64,000 nt of DNA from Planctomycetota bacterium (GTDB lineage Bacteria > Planctomycetota > PLA2 > JAEUHO01). Shown one piece after another: positions 59,841-64,000 of this stretch. Where the stretch lies: positions 60,059-124,058 of the forward strand of contig JAJDEN010000026.1 of NCBI GenBank assembly GCA_029259775.1, read 5' to 3'. Positions within the stretch are counted from its first letter, which is position 1. Each line of letters begins with the position of its first letter. The notes below the pieces were generated by a model. It saw only the letters and a list, made by a program, of their open reading frames with translations, did not search any database and had not been told where the DNA came from. Made by a program: the position numbers and the translations under genes.

Positions 59841-60229
59841 CGCGCCGCCGCACCCCCGCTGGGGCGTCCTGATGTTCGGGACGCCCCGGTGTCGTTTTGG
59901 GGTTGGGTCGGCGGTCGCTGTGCGAGGGTACGCGGTGGCGTGACGCTACGCGCGAGCGGGAGCTCGCGCATATCGCGTTCGCCGGACACGTGCATCGGAG
60001 CGGGACCCGCCGGGCAGGCGCCGGCGAAGCCGGCGCTCTGTCTGGCGGGGCGCGCCGGGCGCCGCCGCACCCCCCGCTGGGGCGTCCTGATGTTCGGGAC
60101 GCCCCGGTGTCGTTTTGGGGTTGGGTCGGCGGTCGCCGTGCCAGGGTGCGCGGTGGCGTGACGCTACGCGCGAGCGGGAGCTCGCGCATATCGCGTTCGC
60201 CGGACACGTGCATCGGAGCGGGACCCGCC
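59841..60229. repeat. Tandem duplication (2 x ~172 bp, ~95% identical, 45-bp spacer), each unit containing a terminator-like hairpin plus U-run
   Basis: Unit: cgccgccgcaccccc(c)gctggggcgtcctgatgttcgggacgccccggtgtcgttttggggttgggtcggcggtcgc...cgcgagcgggagctcgcgcatatcgcgttcgccggacacgtgcatcggagcgggacccgccggg at 59841-60012 and 60058-60229. Hairpin GGGGCGUCC-ugauguucg-GGACGCCCC followed by GUCGUUUUGGGG. Confidence 0.7.
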
Positions 60230-60391
60230 GGGGTCGCCTCGCGTACTGGAATCGTAGGGGCAGCCTGAGCGACGGCTTGGCCGGAGCGGTTGGCTGCCCA
60301 CCCGGCTGACAGGGGCCGTTCCCGGTACCACCGTTGGGGGGACTCCCAGCCCCCAATTGCCGCCCGGGCCGCACGGCGGTACACCGGATGC

Positions 60392-61585
60392 ATGACGATC
60401 AGCCGTGCTGTTGAAGAGGCCATGACCGGCGCCTCGTGGATCCGCAAGATGTTCACGCAGGGCCTGCGTCTCAAGGCCGAGCACGGGCCCGAGAACGTCG
60501 CCGACCTGAGCCTGGGCAACCCCGTGATCGAGCCGCCCGCCGCGGTCCAGGCGCGCCTGCTGGAACTCGCCTCGCAGCCGCCCATCGGTTCGCACCGCTA
60601 CATGCCCAACGCCGGCTTCCGCACGACGCGCGAGGCCGTCGCCCAGCACCTGAGCCGCAAGACAGGCATCCCCTACACCTACGACCGTGCCGTCATGACC
60701 GTCGGGGCCGGCGGTGCGCTGAACGTCGTCTTCAAAGGCCTGCTCGACGCGGGCGACGAGGTCATCTGCCTCACGCCCTTCTTCGTCGAGTACCGCTACT
60801 ACATCACCAACCATGGCGGCCGCATGGTGCTCGTGCCGACCGACGAGCAGTTCCGGCCCGACCCGGTCGCGATTGCCGCCGCGATCACCCCCCGCACGCG
60901 CGCCGTGATCGTCAACTCGCCGAACAACCCCTCCGGCGTCGTCTACTCGGCCGAGGACTACGACAAGCTGGCTGCCGTCCTCGAGCAGGCCTCCAAGGAC
61001 CAGGGCCGGCCGGTCTACCTCGTCACCGACGAGCCCTACCGCGCCATCTCCTACGACGGTGTCCACGTGCCGTGGGTGCAGAAGCACTACCGCGACACGA
61101 TCCACGTGACGTCCTTCTCGAAGGATCTCGCCATGCCCGGCGAACGCATTGGCTACATCGCGGTGAATCCGGCCTCGGAAGGCTCGGACCAGATGACGGC
61201 CGCTTTCACCTTCGCGAACCGGGTCCTCGGCTTCGTCAACGCACCCGCCCTCCAACAGCTCCTCGTGCAGGAGCTGTTGGACGTCACGGTCGACATGGCC
61301 GGCTACGAGGCCAAGCGCGCCGTGCTGCTGGGCACGCTCGAGGAGGCCGGCTACGAGCTTGTGAAGCCCGAGGGCGCCTTCTACATGTTTCCCCGCGTCC
61401 CCGGCGGCATGGACGACATCGAGTTCGTGGGCGTCTGCTTGGAGGAGCGCCTGCTGGTCGTTCCGGGCTCCGGCTTCGGCACCCCGGGCCATTTCCGCAT
61501 GTCCTACGCCGTCACGGATCGGGACGTAGAGTTGGCTGTGGGGGCCCTGAAGCGGGTGGCGGAGCGTCTCGGCGCTCCCCAGTAG
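60392..61585 (+). CDS. PLP-dependent aminotransferase, class I/II (aspartate-aminotransferase-like)
   Basis: ...LSLGNP..., NSPNNPSGVVY, TSFSKDLAMPGERIGY (PLP-binding Lys in SFSK) and the C-terminal R...GxxxxRxS are typical fold-type-I AAT blocks. Start at ATG 60392. Confidence 0.85.
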   Translation: MTISRAVEEAMTGASWIRKMFTQGLRLKAEHGPENVADLSLGNPVIEPPAAVQARLLELASQPPIGSHRYMPNAGFRTTREAVAQHLSRKTGIPYTYDRAVMTVGAGGALNVVFKGLLDAGDEVICLTPFFVEYRYYITNHGGRMVLVPTDEQFRPDPVAIAAAITPRTRAVIVNSPNNPSGVVYSAEDYDKLAAVLEQASKDQGRPVYLVTDEPYRAISYDGVHVPWVQKHYRDTIHVTSFSKDLAMPGERIGYIAVNPASEGSDQMTAAFTFANRVLGFVNAPALQQLLVQELLDVTVDMAGYEAKRAVLLGTLEEAGYELVKPEGAFYMFPRVPGGMDDIEFVGVCLEERLLVVPGSGFGTPGHFRMSYAVTDRDVELAVGALKRVAERLGAPQ

Positions 61586-61689
61586 GCATTCGTTGTCCCG
61601 GCGACGCCGGGAATTCGCTCGACGGATCCCCGCAGTCCGAGACCATAGGCGGCTTCCCGATCACCGGGACCCCTCGCGAGAGAGACACG

Positions 61690-61953
61690 ATGCCGAACAC
61701 CGCCTCCACCAAGAAGCGCGTCCGCCAGACCGAGACCCGCACCGAGCGCAACAAGTTCCGTCGCTCGACCATGCGCGGCTGGATCCGCAAGGTCCGTGAG
61801 AGCGTCGAGGCCGGCGACAAGGCCGCTGCCGAGGCCGCCCTCGTGAAGGCCTACAAGCACATCGACAAGTGCGCCATGAAGCACATCATGCATGAGAACA
61901 AGGCCGCCAACATGAAGCGCAAGCTGACGGCCCAGGTCAACGCGATCGGGTAG
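61690..61953 (+). CDS. rpsT: 30S ribosomal protein S20
   Basis: MPNTASTKKRVRQTETRTERNKFRRSTMRGWIRKV...KAANMKRKLTAQVNAIG is a typical S20. The ORF track shows only a long out-of-context 505-aa fusion artefact. Confidence 0.9.
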   Translation: MPNTASTKKRVRQTETRTERNKFRRSTMRGWIRKVRESVEAGDKAAAEAALVKAYKHIDKCAMKHIMHENKAANMKRKLTAQVNAIG

Positions 61954-62039
61954 ACGCGTCTCACTGACGCGCGCGAGAGATGAAGGCCGGGGTAACCCGG
62001 CCTTCGTTCGTTTTGGGGGGCAGCGCGCTCGCCCACGCC

Positions 62040-62130
62040 AGCGGCGTGGACGGGCGACCCTTGTAGTCGCCCGCACGCTTCGTGGGCGCGTGTCCGTATC
62101 GGTGTCCGCCGACGGCTGCGAAGGCAGCCC
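62040..62130. repeat. REP-like hairpin (GGGCGACCCTTGTAGTCGCCC) related to the 53070-53256 cluster
   Basis: acgggcgacccttgtagtcgcccgcacg at ~62050-62077, ending gcagcccctacg at ~62119-62130. Lies between convergent rpsT and the TPR gene. Confidence 0.45.
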
Positions 62131-63468
62131 CTACGAACTCAGCGCGCTCAGGCGGTTGAGGACGTCCTTGTAGGCCGCGTCCTCCTCCACGATGCGCTCG
62201 AAGATCCCACGCGCCTTCTCGGTCTCACCGGCGCGCTCGAGCAGGTTGGCGTAGTCGTAGTAGACGGCCTTGGCCTTGGGGCTCGTGAGCGTCGGGAACT
62301 CCGCGACAGCCTCCTCAAGCTTCTTGGCCGCGAGCGTCGTGATGTTCTTCTTCTCGAAGCACTTGGCCTGGAGAAGGAGGCTGTCGACCTTGCGGGACGG
62401 ATCGCGCACGGTCTGCTGGAACTCGGCCAGCGCCTCGTCGACCTTGCCCGACTGGAACAGCCACTGCCCCAGACGGAAGCGCTCGATGAGGTCCATCGGG
62501 TGCTCCTGCACACGGCGGCCGTACTCCTCGAGGCTCGCGCCGATCAGTTCCTGGTAGGCCGCGTCGTGCTGGGCCTTGAGGCCGGCATCGTCCGGCGCGG
62601 TGGCGAGCAGGTCCTTCACCTTCTTGTAGGAGCGCTTGACCATGGTCAGCTCCATGTCGCCGATGCGGACGGAGAGTTCGTAGTTGGCCGGGTCGAGCGC
62701 GAGCGCCTCGCGCAGCGTGGCCATCGCACTCACCTCATCGCCCTGCTGCAGCTGCAGATCGGCCATGCGCACACGGAGCCTGGAGTCGTCCGGTGCCGCT
62801 TCGACCTGTCCCTTGACGAGGCCGAGCTCCGTCGCCGCGTGCTCCGCGGTGAGCTGGAGGCGCGTCTCGGTCTCCAGCCTCTGGGCAACGTCCTTGTCCT
62901 TGATCAGGTCGCGGCTCGACTCCGCCGTCTCGAAGCCGGAGATCTTGAGGGCGCCTTCGGCTGCCAGGTTCTTGCGCAGCTTCTGCGCCTCCTGATCACG
63001 CGGCATGATGCGCACGGCCTCGCGCAGCGCGTCGAGCGCCTCCGGGATCCTGCCCTGCTTGCCGAGTGCCTCGCCCAAGCGCTTCCACGGCTCGTTGTCC
63101 TCCGGGTCGATCTCGGCCGCGCGCTTGTAGGCGACGCTGCCGCTGCCGAATGCGTTGGCCTGCAAGGCCGCGTCGCCGAGTTGCATGCACACGCCCTTGT
63201 CGTCGGGCTTCTTGGCCAGGGCACGCAGGCAGGCGGCCATGCGCTTGGCCGGGTCCTTGCCGCTGATGGACGCCTTGGAGAGCATGCCGCCGAAGAGGCT
63301 CTTGCCGCGCGACTCGCGCAGCTTGATCGCCGCCTGGAAGAAGCCCTCGACGGCTTCCGCGTCGTCCAGCTGGAACTTCAAGTACTCCTGGTAGGCCTCG
63401 ATCGCGAGCTCGTAGCGCTTGCGCTTGAGGGACTCCTTGGCCTTGGTCTTCAGGTCGGCGACGGCCAT
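62131..63468 (-). CDS. TPR-repeat protein
   Basis: Start at internal ATG 63468 (MAVADLKTKAKESLKRKRYELAIEAYQEYL...). Multiple 34-aa TPR-like units (AxxxYxxAxxxxP...). Confidence 0.7.
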   Translation of the reverse strand: MAVADLKTKAKESLKRKRYELAIEAYQEYLKFQLDDAEAVEGFFQAAIKLRESRGKSLFGGMLSKASISGKDPAKRMAACLRALAKKPDDKGVCMQLGDAALQANAFGSGSVAYKRAAEIDPEDNEPWKRLGEALGKQGRIPEALDALREAVRIMPRDQEAQKLRKNLAAEGALKISGFETAESSRDLIKDKDVAQRLETETRLQLTAEHAATELGLVKGQVEAAPDDSRLRVRMADLQLQQGDEVSAMATLREALALDPANYELSVRIGDMELTMVKRSYKKVKDLLATAPDDAGLKAQHDAAYQELIGASLEEYGRRVQEHPMDLIERFRLGQWLFQSGKVDEALAEFQQTVRDPSRKVDSLLLQAKCFEKKNITTLAAKKLEEAVAEFPTLTSPKAKAVYYDYANLLERAGETEKARGIFERIVEEDAAYKDVLNRLSALSS

Positions 63469-63584
63469 GCGTGCTCTCCGGTCCGGGCGGTGTGGGGGCA
63501 TGATCCTAAACCCGCGTGGGCATGCGGTCTACGCGCCCTCCGGACCCAAGGGGAAGGGCCGCCGCGGAGTGCTAAACTGGGGGA

Positions 63585-64000
63585 ATGGCCTTGGACATCG
63601 TTCTCTACCCCGCTCCCGTCCTCCTCGAAGGCACCGCGCCGATCGTCGAGGTGACGGACGACCTGCGGCAGATCGTTGGAGAGATGCGGCGCATTCTCTT
63701 CGAGGAGCGCGGTGTGGGCCTCGCGGCGCCCCAGGTCGGCATCGCCCAGCGCCTGATGCTGGTCTGCCCCACGGGCGAGCCAGGCGATGAGATCGTCGTG
63801 ATCAACCCCGAGATCCTCACGGCCGAAGGCGAGGAGATCGGCGAGGAGGGCTGCCTTTCCTTCCCGAGCATTTTCGGCAAGGTGCCCCGCGCCGTCGCCA
63901 TCAAGGTCCGGTACCAGGACCTCGAGCTGCGCGAGCGCGAGTTCGAGCTCTCGGGATGGGTCGCGCGGATCTTCCAGCACGAGCTCGATCACCTGAACGG
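63585..64000 (+). CDS. def: Peptide deformylase (3' end beyond window)
   Basis: MALDIVLYPAPVLL...GVGLAAPQVG (motif I), EGCLSFP (motif II), QHELDHLNG (motif III). Open to the window end, so absent from the ORF track. Confidence 0.85.
   Translation, partial: MALDIVLYPAPVLLEGTAPIVEVTDDLRQIVGEMRRILFEERGVGLAAPQVGIAQRLMLVCPTGEPGDEIVVINPEILTAEGEEIGEEGCLSFPSIFGKVPRAVAIKVRYQDLELREREFELSGWVARIFQHELDHLN

Noticed and set aside
60164-61492. 442-aa minus-strand ORF and 60436-61953 505-aa plus ORF
   Set aside because: The first is antisense to the aminotransferase. The second is an alternative frame whose only genuine segment is the terminal rpsT (61690-61953).
1-64000. CRISPR arrays or rRNA genes
   Set aside because: No regularly spaced identical direct repeats with unique spacers. 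The tandem repeats found (13-bp x3.5, 172-bp x2, 6-bp x10) lack the CRISPR repeat-spacer periodicity. No rRNA-like conserved stretches were seen.

Overview
This is a very GC-rich (~70%) bacterial chromosomal segment with extreme GC3 codon bias. The gene content (many lipoproteins, HEAT/TPR/NHL-repeat proteins, eukaryotic-like Ser/Thr kinase, retron-type reverse transcriptase) suggests a myxobacterium-like deltaproteobacterial genome; that placement is inference. Recognisable housekeeping genes: nrfHA (pentaheme nitrite reductase), typA/bipA, pyk, prfB (with its programmed +1 frameshift), purH, rnc, mfd, rpsT, def, a class-I aminotransferase and an AI-2E transporter. Accessory content: (i) a tRNA-Pro(CGG) gene with a 47-bp duplicated 3' end bounding a ~4-kb lower-GC islet that carries ArsR-AHSA1-SnoaL cargo but no integrase; (ii) a compact YADD/VTG reverse transcriptase with a highly structured upstream non-coding region between prfB and purH, a retron candidate; (iii) a five-gene, translationally coupled minus-strand operon TPR-CHAT protease -> S8 subtilase -> two small beta-sandwich proteins -> cytoplasmic histidine kinase, flanked by paralogous NHL-repeat lipoproteins; (iv) a 661-aa protein with a C-terminal LOG/SLOG-family domain; (v) tandem paralogous HEAT-repeat secreted proteins; (vi) several intergenic repeat families (REP-like hairpins, a GT-rich ~90-bp element in two copies, a (GTGTCC)n microsatellite, a MITE-like element with ~40-bp terminal inverted repeats, a tandem 172-bp duplication, a 65-bp three-copy repeat inside the islet). 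Many long ORFs in the supplied track are antisense artefacts of the high GC content and were rejected. The ORF track accepts GTG starts (checked for nrfH, the kinase and mfd).
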